Shown here: positions 51,307 to 63,573 of the stretch, in pieces
Layout: every line of letters starts with the position of its first letter
Position numbering within the stretch: the first letter of the stretch is position 1
Origin: Malacoraja senta
Taxonomy: Eukaryota
Assembly: GCA_038087875.1 (NCBI GenBank)
Contig: CM075992.1
Coordinates: 6,634,001 to 6,698,000, forward strand
DNA: 64,000 bases
Reading direction: 5' to 3'
Notes under the pieces: model-generated
Databases searched by the model: none
Seen by the model: only the letters and a program-made list of their open reading frames with translations
Told to the model about the DNA's origin: nothing
Position numbers and translations under genes: made by a program

Positions 51307-54300
51307 TAGAAACATAGAAAATAGGTGCAGGAGTAGGCCATTCGGCCCTTCGAGACTGCACCGCCATTCAATATGATCATGGCTGATCATCCAACTCAGT
51401 ATCCTGTACCTGCTTTCTCTCCATACCCCCTGATCCCTTTAGCCACAAGGGTCACATCTAACTCCCTCTTAAATATAGCCAATGAACTGGCCTCAACTAC
51501 CTTCTGTGGCAGAGAATTCCAGAGATTCACCACTCTCTGTGTGAAAAATGTTTTCCTCATCTAGGTCCTAAAAGATTTCCCCCTTATCCTTAAACTGTGA
51601 CCCCTTGTTCTGGACTTCCCCAACATCGGGAACAATCTTCCTGCATCTAGCCTGTCCAACCCCGTAAGAATTTTGTAAGTTTCTATAAGATCCCCCCTCA
51701 ATCTTCTAAATTCTAGCGAGTACAAACCGAGTCTATTCAGTCTTTCTTCATATGAAAGTCCTGGCATCCCAGGAATCAGTCTGGTGAACCTTCTCTGTAC
51801 TCCCTCTATGGCAAGAATGTCTTTCCTCAGATTAGGAGACCAAAACTGTACGCAATACTCCAGGTGTGGTCTCACCAAGACCCTGTACAACTGCAGTAGA
51901 ACCTCCCTGCTCCTATACTCAAATCCTTTTGCTATGAATGCTAACATACCATTCGCCTTCTTCACTGCCTGCTGCACCTGCATGCCTACTTTTAATGACT
52001 GGCGTACCATGACACCCAGGTCTCGTTGCATCTCCCCTTTTCCTAATCGGCCACCATTCAGATAATAGTCTACTTTCCTGTTTTTGCCACCAAAGTGGAT
52101 AACCTCACATTTATCCACATTATACTGCATCTGCCATGCATTTGCCCACTCACCCAGCCTATCCAAGTCACCTTGCAGCCTCCGAGCATCCTCCTCACAG
52201 CTAACACTGCCCCCCAGCTTCGTGTCATCCGCAAACTTGGAGATGTTGCATTCAATTCCCTCGTCCAAATCATTAATATATATCGTAAATAGCTGGGGTC
52301 CCAGCACTGAGCCTTGCGGTACCCCACTAGTCACTGCCTGCCATTGTGAAAAGGACCCGTTTACTCCTACTCTTTGCTTCCTGTCTGCCAGCCAGTTATC
52401 TATCCACATCAATACTGAACCCCCAATACCGTGTGCTTTAAGTTTGTATACTAATCTCTTATGTGGGACCTTGTCGAAAGCCTTCTGAAAGTCCAGATAT
52501 AACACATCCACTGGTTCTCCCTTATCCACTCTACTAGTTACATCCTCAAAAAATTCTATAAGATTCGTCAGACATGTCCAATGATTTCACCACTTTCCAA
52601 ATGTGCTGCTATCCCATCTTTAATAACTGATTCTAGCAGTTTCCCCACTACCGACGTTAGACTAACTGGTCTGTAATTCCCCATTTTCTTTCTCCCTCCC
52701 TTTTTAAAAAGTGGGGTTACATTAGGTACCCTCCAATCCTCAGGAACTACTCCAGAATCTAAAGAGTTTTGAAAAATTATCACTAATGCATCCACTATTT
52801 CTGGGGCTACTTCCTTAAGTACTCTGGGATGCAGCCTATCTGGCCCTGGGGATTAATCGGCCTTTAATCCATTCAATTTACCTAACACCACTTCCCGGCT
52901 TACCTGGATTTCACTCAGTTCCTCCATCTCATTTGACCCCCGGTCCCCTGCTATTTCCGGCAGATTATTTATGTCTTCCTTAGTGAAGACAGAACCAAAG
53001 TAGTTATTCAATTGGTCTGCCATGTCCTTGTTCCCCATGATCAATTCACCTGTTTGTTTTAACTAATCTTTTTCTCTTCACATACCTATAAAAGCTTTTG
53101 CAGTAAGTTTTTATGTTCCCTGCCAGTTTTCTTTCATAATCTATTTTCCCTTTCCTAATTAAGCCCTTTGTCCTCCTCTGCTGGACTCTGAATTTCTCCC
53201 AGTCCTCTGGTAGGCTGCTTTTTCTGGCTAATTAGTACGCTTCATCTTTTGTTTTGATACTATCCCTGATTTCCCTTGTTATCCACGGATGCACTACCTT
53301 CCCTGATTTATTTGTTTGCCAAACTGGGATGAACAATTGTTGTAGTTCATCCATGCAGTCTTTAAATGCCTTCCATTGCATATCTACCGTCAACCCATTA
53401 AGAATCAATTGCCAGTCTATCTTGGCCAATTCACTTCTCATACCCTCAAAGTTACCTTTCTTTAAGTTCAGGACCCTTGTTTCTGAATTAACAATGTCAC
53501 TCTCCATCCTAATGAAGAACTCAACCATATTATGGTCACTCTTGCCCAAGGGGCCACGCACAACAAGACTGCTAACTAACCCTTCCTCATTACTCAATAC
53601 CCAATCTAGAATAGCCTGCTCTCTCGTTGGTTCCTCTACATGTTGGTTTAGAAAACTATCCCGCATACATTCCAAGAAATCCTCTTCCTCGGCACCCTTG
53701 CCAATTTGATTCACCCAATCTATATGTAGATTGAAGTCACCCATTATAACTGTTTTACCTTTGTTGCACGCATTTCTAATTTCCTGTTTGATGCCATCCC
53801 CAACTCCACTACTACTATTAGGTGGCCTGTACACAACTCCCACTAGCGTTTTCTGCCCCTTAGTGTTTCGCAGCTCTACCCATATCGATTCCACATCCTC
53901 CAAGCTAATGTCCTTCCTTTCTATTGCGTTAATCTGCTCTCTAACCAGCAACGCTACCCCACCTCCTTTCCCTTTCTGTCTATCCCTCCTGAATATTGAA
54001 TATCCCTGGATGTTCAGCTCCCAGCCTTGGTTACCCTGGAGCCATGTCTCCGTGATCCCAACTATATCATAGTCATTAATAGCTATCAGCACATTCAACT
54101 CATCCACCTTATTACAAATGCTCCTTGCATTGAGACACAAAGCCTTCAGGCTTGTTTTTACAAAACTCTTACCCCTTATACAATTATGTTGAAAAGTGGC
54201 CCTTTTTGATTTTTGCCCTGGCTTTGTCTGCCTGCCACTTTTACTTTTCACCTTGCTACCTATTGCTTCTACCCTCATTTTACACCCCTCTGTCTCTACC

Positions 54301-54870
54301 CTCACACATTTAAGAAACCCTTTCCCTTTAACTCCATCCTCAACTATCCCATTCAACACCCCACCCCCCTTATTCAGTTTAAAACCACCCGTGAAGCAGT
54401 GGCAAACCTGCCTGCCAGAATGCTGGTCCCCCACCTGTTAAGATGCAATCCGTCCCTTTTGTAGTTCCCTTTTACTCCAAAACAGATCCCAGTGATCTAA
54501 GAATCTAAATCCCTGCCCCGTGCACCAGTTCCTCAGCCACACATTCAGGTCCCGTATCTCCCTGTTCCTGCTCTCGCCAGTACGAGGAACTGGAAGCAAA
54601 CCAGAGATAACAACCCTGGAGGTCCTGCTTTTCAGCATTTTTCCGAGCTCTCTAAAGTCACGCTGCAAAATATTCATCCCCTTCTTTCCGACATCGTTTG
54701 TGCCGACATGCACTACCACTTCCGGCTGTTCAGCTTCGCCCTTGTGGATTTTCTGCACTCTGTCCGTGACATCCTGGATCCTGGCACCAGGAAGGCAGCA
54801 CACCATCCTCGAATCCCGTCTGTTGCTGCAGAAACCCCTGTCCGTACCTCTCACAATGGAGTCTCCCACT
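51307..54870 (-). mobile_element. CR1-clade LINE, 5'-truncated and internally deleted
   Basis: ORF1 SGNH/GDSL esterase (GDSIVRG, VHVGTND; 54438-54869); ORF2 AP-endonuclease (LNARS, GITETW, VVYRPP, MGDFN, SDH; 53232-54434); RT (NYRPVSLTS, LDFQKAFD, GVPQGSVLGP, FADD; 51561-52795); ORF2 broken by frameshifts and stops; (TTTCTATG)-type tail at 51307. Confidence 0.95.
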
Positions 54871-54979
54871 GTGGCTGTGGTGGGTATTGTAGCTACACAA
54901 AAATGCTGGAGAAACTCAGCGGGTGCAGCAGCATCTATGGAGCGAAGGAAAAAGGCAACGTTTCGGGCCGAAACGCTCT

Positions 54980-55324
54980 GCTCACGGGCTCCCCGTGAGG
55001 CTGTGGTAGGTATTGCCGCTCACGGGCTCCCCGTGAGGTTGTGGTGGGTATTGCAGCTCACGGGCTCCCCGTGAGGTTGTGGTGGGTATTGCAGCTCGCG
55101 GGCTCCCCGTGAGGTTGTGGTCGGTTTTGCAGCTCACGGGCTCCCCATGAGGTTGTGGTGGATATTGCAGCTCACGGGCTCCCCGTCAGGTTGTGATGGT
55201 ATTGGAGCTCACGGGCTCCCCGTCAGGTTGTGGTGGGTATTGCAGCCCACGGGCTCCCCGTGAGGTTGTGGTGTGTATTGCAGCTCACGGGCTCCCCGTG
55301 AGGTTGTGATGGGTATTGCAGCTC
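54980..55324. repeat. 38-bp minisatellite, about 9 copies (GCTCACGGGCTCCCCGTGAGGTTGTGGTGGGTATTGCA)
   Basis: Units start at 54980, 55018, ...; near-identical; ends about 80 bp before the CARM1 ATG. Confidence 0.95.
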
Positions 55325-55760
55325 CAGGGCGACTGGCGTCTGTTGGGGGGGGTGGGGAGAAGGGGGCACGCGCACGCGCATGCGCATAGACTGGGCTGTT
55401 TAAAATGGCCACCACGGCGTTCGCGGGCGTGCGGCTGGTGTCGATCGCGGAGCAGAACGGGGAGATCCAGCGGCACTCGGAGCAGCAGCCGCTGCGCCTG
55501 GAGATCCGCACCACCCAGGACAACGCCTTCCTCAGCCTCCACAGCAGTGAGTAGCCGCCCCCAGCCCGGGACACGGGAACACGGGGACCCGCGCTTGGTC
55601 TGGGCCCCGGGCTTGCGGCCTGACAGCGCGGCACAGCCGGGCCCGGCTCACACCCCCGCCCGGGGCCCGCACCCACCCATCCACCCCGGAGGCCCAGGGC
55701 CCGAGAGCCCGACCCAGCCCAGCCCCGGGTTCAACAGTGACAGCGCCATCGACAGTGAAC
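55325..55760. promoter_or_regulatory. CARM1: CARM1 CpG-island promoter/first exon with NRF1-type (GCGCATGCGC, 55376-55385) and YY1-like (AAAATGGC, 55402-55409) motifs
   Basis: Sharp GC/CpG enrichment around the start codon; motifs read directly from sequence. Confidence 0.75.
55405..55546 (+). CDS. CARM1: CARM1 (PRMT4) exon 1 (MATTAFAGVRLVSIAEQNGEIQRHSEQQPLRLEIRTTQDNAFLSLHS)
   Basis: Strong Kozak aaaATGG; NGEIQRH.EQQ.LRLE is the start of the CARM1 PH-like domain; A|gtgagt donor (phase 1). Confidence 0.93.
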
Positions 55761-56445
55761 TCCCCCTCCTCCTCCCCCCCCTTTCCTTCCCCCCCCCTTT
55801 CCTTCCCCCCTTTCCTCCCCCCCCCTTCCCTTCCTCCCCCCCCTTCCCTTCCTCCCCCCCCTTCCCTTCCTCCCCCCCCTTCCCTTCCTCCCCCCTTCCC
55901 TTCCTCCCCCCCTTCCCTTCCTCCCCCCCTTCCCTTCCTCCCCCCCTTCCCTTCCTCCCCCCCTTCCCTTCCTCCCCCCCTTCCCTTCCTCCCCCCCCTT
56001 CCACCTTCCTCCCCCCCTTCCACCTTCCTCCCCCCCTTCCACCTTCCTCCCCCCCTTCCACCTTCCTCCCCCCCTTCCACCTTCCCCCCATTTACTCTCC
56101 TCCCTTTTCCTCCTCCCCCTTTCCTCCTCCTCCCCACCCCTTTCCTCCCCCCTTTCCCTCATCCGCCCGCCCCTTTTCTCCCCCTTTCCTCCCCCTTTCC
56201 CCCCCTTTCCTCCTCCACCCCCTTTCCTCCTCCACCTCCATTCCTCCTCCACCCCCTTTCCTCCTCCACCCCCTTTCCTCCTCCTCCTCCCCCCCTTTCC
56301 TCCTCCTCCCCCCTTTCCTCCCCCTTCCCCCCCTTTCCTCCGCCTCCCCCCTTCACCCCCCCTTTCCTCCTCCCCCACCTTTCCTCCTCCTCCCCCACCC
56401 CAGTCCTCCTTCTCCCCCCTTTTCGTCGTCCCCCCCCTCCCTCGA
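55760..56445. repeat. Polypyrimidine (CCCCCCTTCCCTTCCT-like) low-complexity tract in CARM1 intron 1
   Basis: About 680 bp almost purely C/T on the + strand. Confidence 0.95.
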
Positions 56446-56781
56446 TTTGTAAGTGCCTTCAACATTTTCTGATTTGTTTCTTAAATTATTATTTTTTTGG
56501 GCTAATGCTTTTTGGATTCTTTTCAAGACACTTGGAGTCGCTACAGTCTGTGTTTGTGGATGTTGAAGGCATTGGTTCATTCAGCAAATTTTAATATTTT
56601 GCGTGCAATAAATATATAGGACTGGGTTATAAAACACAGATTTCAATGATCATAGGAATCCCACCTAATGCTTTTAATCAAGTTTTAGAAGCGTTCGTGG
56701 TGCACAAATAAAGATGGAATCCTGGCCTTATTCCATCTCCGAGACTTCCGACACGCTGCCAGTCTTTCAGAACTTTTGGGA

Positions 56782-57003
56782 GGCACGGTGGCGCAGCGCC
56801 AGAGACCCAAGTTCGATCCTGACCACAGGTGCTGTCGGTACAAAGCTTGTATGTTCACCCTGTGACCACGTGGATTCTCTCTGGGTGCTCCAGTTTCCTC
56901 CCACACTCCAAATACATGCTGGTTTGTAGATTAATTAGCCTCGGTTAAATTGTCCCTAGTGTGTGTAAATAGTGTATGGGTTGATCACTGGTCAGTGATC
57001 GCT
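56782..57003 (+). mobile_element. HE1-like V-SINE
   Basis: Family similarity. Confidence 0.75.
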
Positions 57004-57881
57004 GTTCTTTGTGCATTTGCCAGATCTATTCCTCTCATGATTTTGTCCACATCTATAAGATCACCTCTCATCCTCCTGTGCTCTGAGGAATAGTCCCAAC
57101 CTGCACAACCTCTCCCTGTAGCTCAGTCCCTTTACTCCTGGCAACATCCTTGCAAATCTTCTAAGAACCCTTTCCACCTTGACACCATCTTTCCTATAAC
57201 TCTTCAAATCTCTGTAAAGATCACATCCTTTCCTGGTCCAAACTCCCGCTGGCACCTGACCACAGTGTCCATCTCTTTTTGCTGAGTTGTAACAAGAACG
57301 TTGGTGGGTAACTGTGGCAAAGTTGGTGGTGTAACAATGGCGAAGTAGAACAGGAGGGGCTTGCAGATAACAGGCTTCTTAAAAACATCTCAGCCACCGA
57401 ACGATGCCAGGACAAGACGCATGTAGCTGATTCATCCTTCCTTCAAGCCACCTGATATTGTGGGCTGCAGACTTGGGCTCCCACTGCGGTTTTGTTTCTC
57501 AAATGGAAAATATTATTTTTACCTTCCTTTCAGGCTTCAAAGATTGCAAAAAGCTTTAAAAAAAATAATAATAATTCGAATACTTTTCCAAATATGTCTC
57601 GCCCTTCTCTTTCTTCCAGCTCCATCCCTTCCCCAAGTCTGACCTACTTGCCGTGTCTTCACTATTTCCTGATTACCCCGCACATCACCTTTATACTTTG
57701 TCCCTCACCGTAAAACTATTCCGGCTAGTATTTGATTTTTCATCCTGGGGAAAAAGGTTCTCGCTGTCTTCCCTATCTGTGCCCCTCATATTTTATCTAC
57801 CACATATATGAGAGAGAATAAGTTGCAGGGTTACTCGGAAACGAGGAGAGGAATGAAACTGATGCAATCGCTCCAACTCGG

Positions 57882-58149
57882 ACGGCACGGTGGTGCAGCG
57901 GTGCAGTTGCTTTACAGCGGCAGAGATCAAGGTTTGATCCTGACTACAGATGCTGTCTGTATGGTACTTGTATATTCTCCCTGTGACCGTGTGGGTTTTC
58001 TCCGGTTTCCTCCCACATTCTGAAGATGTGCAGGCTTGTAGGTTAATTGTCTCCTAATGCATAGGATAGAACTAGTGTACTGGGTGATCGCTGGTCACTG
58101 CAGATTCAGTGAGCTGTTTCCATGCTGGATCTCTAAACTAAACTAAAAC
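57882..58149 (+). mobile_element. HE1-like V-SINE
   Basis: Family similarity; (TAAAC) tail. Confidence 0.8.
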
Positions 58150-58623
58150 TCCAAGAGTTATTTTGTCCATGCCTCCTGCCTCCTAAAATGGCTCCATTCT
58201 ACTCTCCCATTTTCTCTGGCACCTTCACGTCTGTTCTGATGGCAACACCATGTCCTTTACCTCGAGCATGATTTCTCTTCCACCGTTGTCAAGAGACCTC
58301 TCGTCGCATCAGCGCCATTTCCTGCACTAGCGGGCCTCTTTATAATGGATTTCGGTTATTGCGGACTGACCTACCGATGGCTGACGGCGCCTCGTCCAGG
58401 CCGCGCCGTCCCTCCCCTGCACTCCCGTGGGCCGCTACCATTGGCTCCTCCTCACCTCACCTCTGCCCAGGCCACCAGCCGGCCGGGTCCGTCAACTCAC
58501 CTGGATTCCAGGCCCAGTTCCGGACCAAGAGTCTGGAGAATGGTCCTGACCCAAAATGTCGCATCTCCGTGTTCTCCAATACTTTGTGTCATTTTCTGTA
58601 TTGATCAGCAACTACAGCTGTTT

Positions 58624-59002
58624 CAAGATTCAAGATAGTTTATTGTCATGTCTCCCAGATAGGACAATGAAATTCTTGCTTTGCTTCAGCACAACAGAAT
58701 ATAGTAGGCATAAATAAATACAGAACAGAGCAGAACAGATCAGTGTGACCATATAAGAATGAATATATATATATATATATACACACATAAGTAAACAGAT
58801 AAAGTGCAATGGGCTATTAATGATCAGAGTTTTGTTTGAGTTGAGTTTAATAGCCTGATGGTTGTGGGGAAGCAGCTATTCCTGAACCTGGATGTTGCAG
58901 ATTTCAGGCTCCTGTACCTTCTACCTGAAGGCAGTGGGGAGATGATTGAGTGGCTAGGATGGTGTGGATCCTTGATGATGCAGGCAGCCTTTTTGAGGCT
59001 TT
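58624..59002 (-). mobile_element. Rex1/Babar-like LINE 3' fragment
   Basis: Reverse-complement relative of 2135-2505. Confidence 0.8.
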
Positions 59003-59441
59003 TTTGCATCTTATACAATGGCACTCTCTTACTCGGTTATAGCGGACAATCGGCAATAACAGACACCATTTCTCCCCTCTATGGTCCATTCTAACGAGAG
59101 TACTGCACTGGCAATTTCATGTACCAGCCTCGGAACACACAACATAGTTTTGAAGAAACCAAATTCAGCTTGGCTGATGGCTTTGCAGAAAACCCCCATT
59201 TCCATCTGTAAAGCTCAGCTTCTATAATCGCATCACCAATGTTCTGACCCTACTTGGCCACTAAGCCTGTCCTACCAAGACCCCGGCAAATGGCATTTCA
59301 TCCTCCTAGAGTCATGGTGGCCCGTTCTGATAGGTGATAATTGAAATGTGCTATTCACTCCCTTTTCCTCTCTGCGGATGCTGCTTGACTTGTTCCAGCA
59401 TCCTTTCATTTCAGGTTTCTCTCCCTCCCCAATTTTTATTG

Positions 59442-59600
59442 AAGCCAATTAACCTACAAACCTGCACGTCTTTGTAGTGTGGGAGGAAACTGGAGCACCG
59501 AGAGAAAACCCACGCAGGTCACAGGGAGAGCGTACAAACTCCGTACAGACCATAATCCGGATCGGACCCTGGTCTCTGGCGCTGTAAGGCAGCAACTCTA
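59442..59600 (-). mobile_element. HE1-like V-SINE 5' half
   Basis: Family similarity. Confidence 0.75.
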
Positions 59601-60136
59601 CCACTGGGCCACTGTGCAGCCCAAAAGTTCTGAACCCCATAACCCTGGACACCTACACTAATCAAGAATCAGTCAATCTCTGCCTTAAAAATACCCATTG
59701 ACTTGGCCTCCACAGCTGTCTGTGGCAATGAATTCACCACCCTCTGACTAAAGAAATTCCACCTCATCTCCTTCCTGAGGCTGTGCCTTTGGTCCCAGAC
59801 TCTCCCACTAGTGGAAACATTCTCTCCACATCCACTCTATTCAGGTCTTTCACTATTGTTAATGTTTCTCATCCTGATAACTTGATCTCCTGTTTAGCTG
59901 AGAGAGTGAGAGAGCTTTTGGACACCTCTGCATTTCACAGGACCTGAAGCCGTGAACCTTTGCTGCTGCCCTTGGATGCAGGTGTGCATCACTCGCGTGG
60001 AAAATGTGGGGGGAAATGCTGTCTGACGCAAGATTAATTGCATTTCTTGTGGGACTAGTGGATGATAAACACTTGGGGTGGCAGTGTTCTGTTTACTAGA
60101 TCCAACCTGGTTCATTTATACAATGGTGAGGTGATT

Positions 60137-60390
60137 TGGTGGCGCCGTGGTAGAGTTGCTGCCTCACAGTTGCTAGTCTACGGAGTTCACGTTCACCCCA
60201 TGACCCGCATGGGTTTTCTCCAGGTGCTCTGGTTTCCTCCCACACTCCAAACACGCACAGGTTTGTAGGTTAATTGGCTTTGGTAAAATTGTAAATTGTC
60301 CCTCGTGTGTAGGATAGTGTTGGTGTACGGGGTGATGGCTGGTCGGCATGGACTTGGGATGAGGGGCCTGTTTCCGCGCTGTATCACTAA
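60137..60390 (+). mobile_element. HE1-like V-SINE
   Basis: Family similarity. Confidence 0.75.
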
Positions 60391-60740
60391 AGAGAGAGCC
60401 TTGTAGGAAGTGGGTGGTATGGCGAGGAAAATGTTATCTACATGGTCCCATGTTGTACTTTCAAAAACATTCGATGTGCTATTCATTATTTCAGAATGGC
60501 ATTGCTTTGAAGCAATCTGTTTTATGGTTGGAGGAAGGGTGATGCTGTGGGGACGACCCCAGTGTGAGCTGGGCACTCATTGCAGTACTGTGGTATCTGT
60601 CTAAACACGGGGTTCAGGGCCCAGTGCCGATCAGATGAAGAATATTGCTGATGTAACCCAAGTTGTCACATATGGTTTTTGCTCAATAGATCCTTCTTTA
60701 CGTTTGGAGTTTTTTTTCTTTATAACCACCATTTTTAGGG

Positions 60741-60940
60741 NNNNNNNNNNNNNNNNNNNNNNNNNNNNNNNNNNNNNNNNNNNNNNNNNNNNNNNNNNNN
60801 NNNNNNNNNNNNNNNNNNNNNNNNNNNNNNNNNNNNNNNNNNNNNNNNNNNNNNNNNNNNNNNNNNNNNNNNNNNNNNNNNNNNNNNNNNNNNNNNNNNN
60901 NNNNNNNNNNNNNNNNNNNNNNNNNNNNNNNNNNNNNNNN
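60741..60940. other. Assembly gap (200 N)
   Basis: Run of n. Confidence 1.
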
Positions 60941-61030
60941 GCGTTGGGATGCGTGGTGTGTGCATGCGTGTTTATGAAGCAGAACTTTCTGCCTGAAAAT
61001 TAAGCTGTAATTAACAAACAATATTGATAA

Positions 61031-61168
<138 letters not shown>

Positions 61169-62441
61169 TGAGTAGTTCTATTTCTTTTTTCTATTTGAAA
61201 TTGTATAACTTGTTGACTGAGTTATTGCTGGAGGTGAAGTGTGTTTGTCTGATTTGTGAAACATGTATGGTGTTGGAATCGTAGACCTTTTGGGAAAGTA
61301 AATTGAGAGATTTAATTGTCAGGGGGGCCGTTCTGTCTCTATAAACCTGTTCCGATTGATCAGAGTTTGAAGAAAGGATCTTGACCCGAAACATCACACC
61401 TTCCTTTTTTCCAGAGATGCTGTCTGACCCGATGAGTTACGCCAGCTTTTTGTCTTATTTCTGTTTAATTCATCGTTGATTGTCTCTATTTCCATTTGAA
61501 CGTCCTAGTACCATAGCCATTCATTCTCTAGCCTGACTTTTAAAAAGCACTGTATTTTGAGGCCTAGAATTAAGTAAATGTGGGGCTTTACATTATACAG
61601 CGTGGAAAGTGGCCCTTCAGCCCAACGTGCCCACATCGACCAAAATGCCCCATCTAATGTGGGTCTTGACCTGAAGTCGCCTATTCCCATTTTCCAGAGG
61701 TGCTGCTTGGCCTGCTGAGTTACTCCATCATTTTGAGTCTATCCCCATGTACACTATTCCCATTAGTTTAAACTTATGGGATAGAAGATAGGTTTTACAT
61801 GACTGTAGAAGGAATAGGTCTCACGTAGCTTTAATTCCTAACATATTTTTGCCTGTGTAAACAGAAGACTTCAAAACAAGATTCTCAGGAGAAAATATGT
61901 TGTTTTCCCTGTGGAGATTATAAAGCCTATTGATAAAGGAAACCATTACTGCATCTGCTGAACCAGTTAAATCTGTAGAAACAAGGAACTGCAGATGCTG
62001 GTTTACATAATAGCCTTGCAGTGCTGGAGTCACTCAGCAGCTGTGGAGAAGGTAGATGGGTGACATTTCGGGTCAGAGTCGTCGGAAGAAGTCACCTATG
62101 CACGTTCTCCAGAGATGCTGCCTGACCTGCTGAGTTACTCCAACCCTTTGTGTCTTTCTATAAAATAGCCTTGCAGTGTGGAAACAGGCCTTTCAGCCCA
62201 AATTGCCCACACCGGCCAACATATCCCACCTACATTAGTCCCACCTGCTTCCATTTGGCCCATATCCCTCTGGGCCATTAGTCCCACCTGCTTCCATTTG
62301 GCCCATAAACCTGTCCTATTCATGTACCGGTCTAAATATTTCTTAAAAATCTGTGGATAATTTTATTACAAGCAAAGCTTTTGTATTCTCTCATCTCTGG
62401 TTTAGTTCTGTGTGTGTGCTGACTCTCTTTATCCCTTTCAG

Positions 62442-62579
62442 AATGACAGTGTGGCTCTCCACAGCTCCGACTGAACCTCTGACTCATTGGTACCAAGTTC
62501 GTTGTTTGCTTCAGTCACCGCTGTTCACTAAGGCTGGTGATACTCTCTCGGGAACTGTTGTGCTAAACGCCAATAAAAG
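62442..62579 (+). CDS. CARM1: CARM1 exon with THW loop ([45 protein letters not shown])
   Basis: tttcag acceptor, AG|gtacac donor; PRMT THWYQ motif. Confidence 0.98.
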
Positions 62580-63438
62580 GTACACTCCGACACCTGAACT
62601 CAAGAATTAAATCCAATGTGTTTTTAAAAGCTTTGTAAATGTAGTTGTTAATGCCATAAGCGACAAAGACATATCACAAGATTTGTCAAGCCAAATTTGC
62701 CTTGGCCATGAGGGAATGCTCAGGCAGATGCAGCTTTTATGGAGTGCCGAAAGAGAGAGAAATTAGAGCAAACTAGTTTAGACAGAAACTCTCTCTACGT
62801 TTAGACACCCAGGTGCAGAAGACTTGCAGTGGAAACATTTAAAACTAAATTACGACTGAAGCCTGAAGTCAAGAAGCTTTCAGATATCGGAGTGTTGCAG
62901 GGGTGGGAGGAATTTTTGGGAATGAGGGAAGCTATAGGACAACTTGAAAACAAGTGTGAATTTTAAAATCAAACTACTGTCAAATGGAGAGTCATGTAGC
63001 AATGGCAGGATGGGCTGCTTGTCAGTTAGGACAGGTCCAGTAGAGTTTCAAATAAATTAAAGTACATGGTAGGATGCTGCCCAGAAGTATTATTAAACTA
63101 CACAATTGCAACATTTTGTATGAGACACTTCACATTTTACATATGTTGGATTTATGTGTTTTTACAATAAAGCACTTGTTCCATTAATACCGAACCCTGA
63201 TTAATGTGCTCATCTGGAATAAATAACGTGTTCACATTTATACCTGGCAGTGTAGTTGTGAATATGTTTAATTTAAGCAGTTTTATATTATGTGCTGCTT
63301 TTCAAGACTAAACCCTGCGTAAAATAAGGTGCCTGTACGTGTGCAGATATTTGTCTGTGTCTGTAAGAATAGTTCCTCAAACTGATGCATAAATCATAAT
63401 TAAACGTGAATCATCACTAAATTTATATCTGATCTTAA

Positions 63439-63573
<135 letters not shown>

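Noticed and set aside
51784-54464. Several + strand ORFs of 60-150 aa
   Set aside because: Antisense shadows of the CR1 ORF2
54980-55324. CRISPR-like array (regular palindromic repeats)
   Set aside because: Intervening sequences are identical rather than unique spacers; vertebrate context with no cas genes; it is a minisatellite
55316-56594. Long Pro-rich and Gly/Arg/Glu-rich ORFs (up to 378 aa)
   Set aside because: Artefacts of the stop-free C/T tract; the real coding frame is CARM1 exon 1 ending at the 55546 donor
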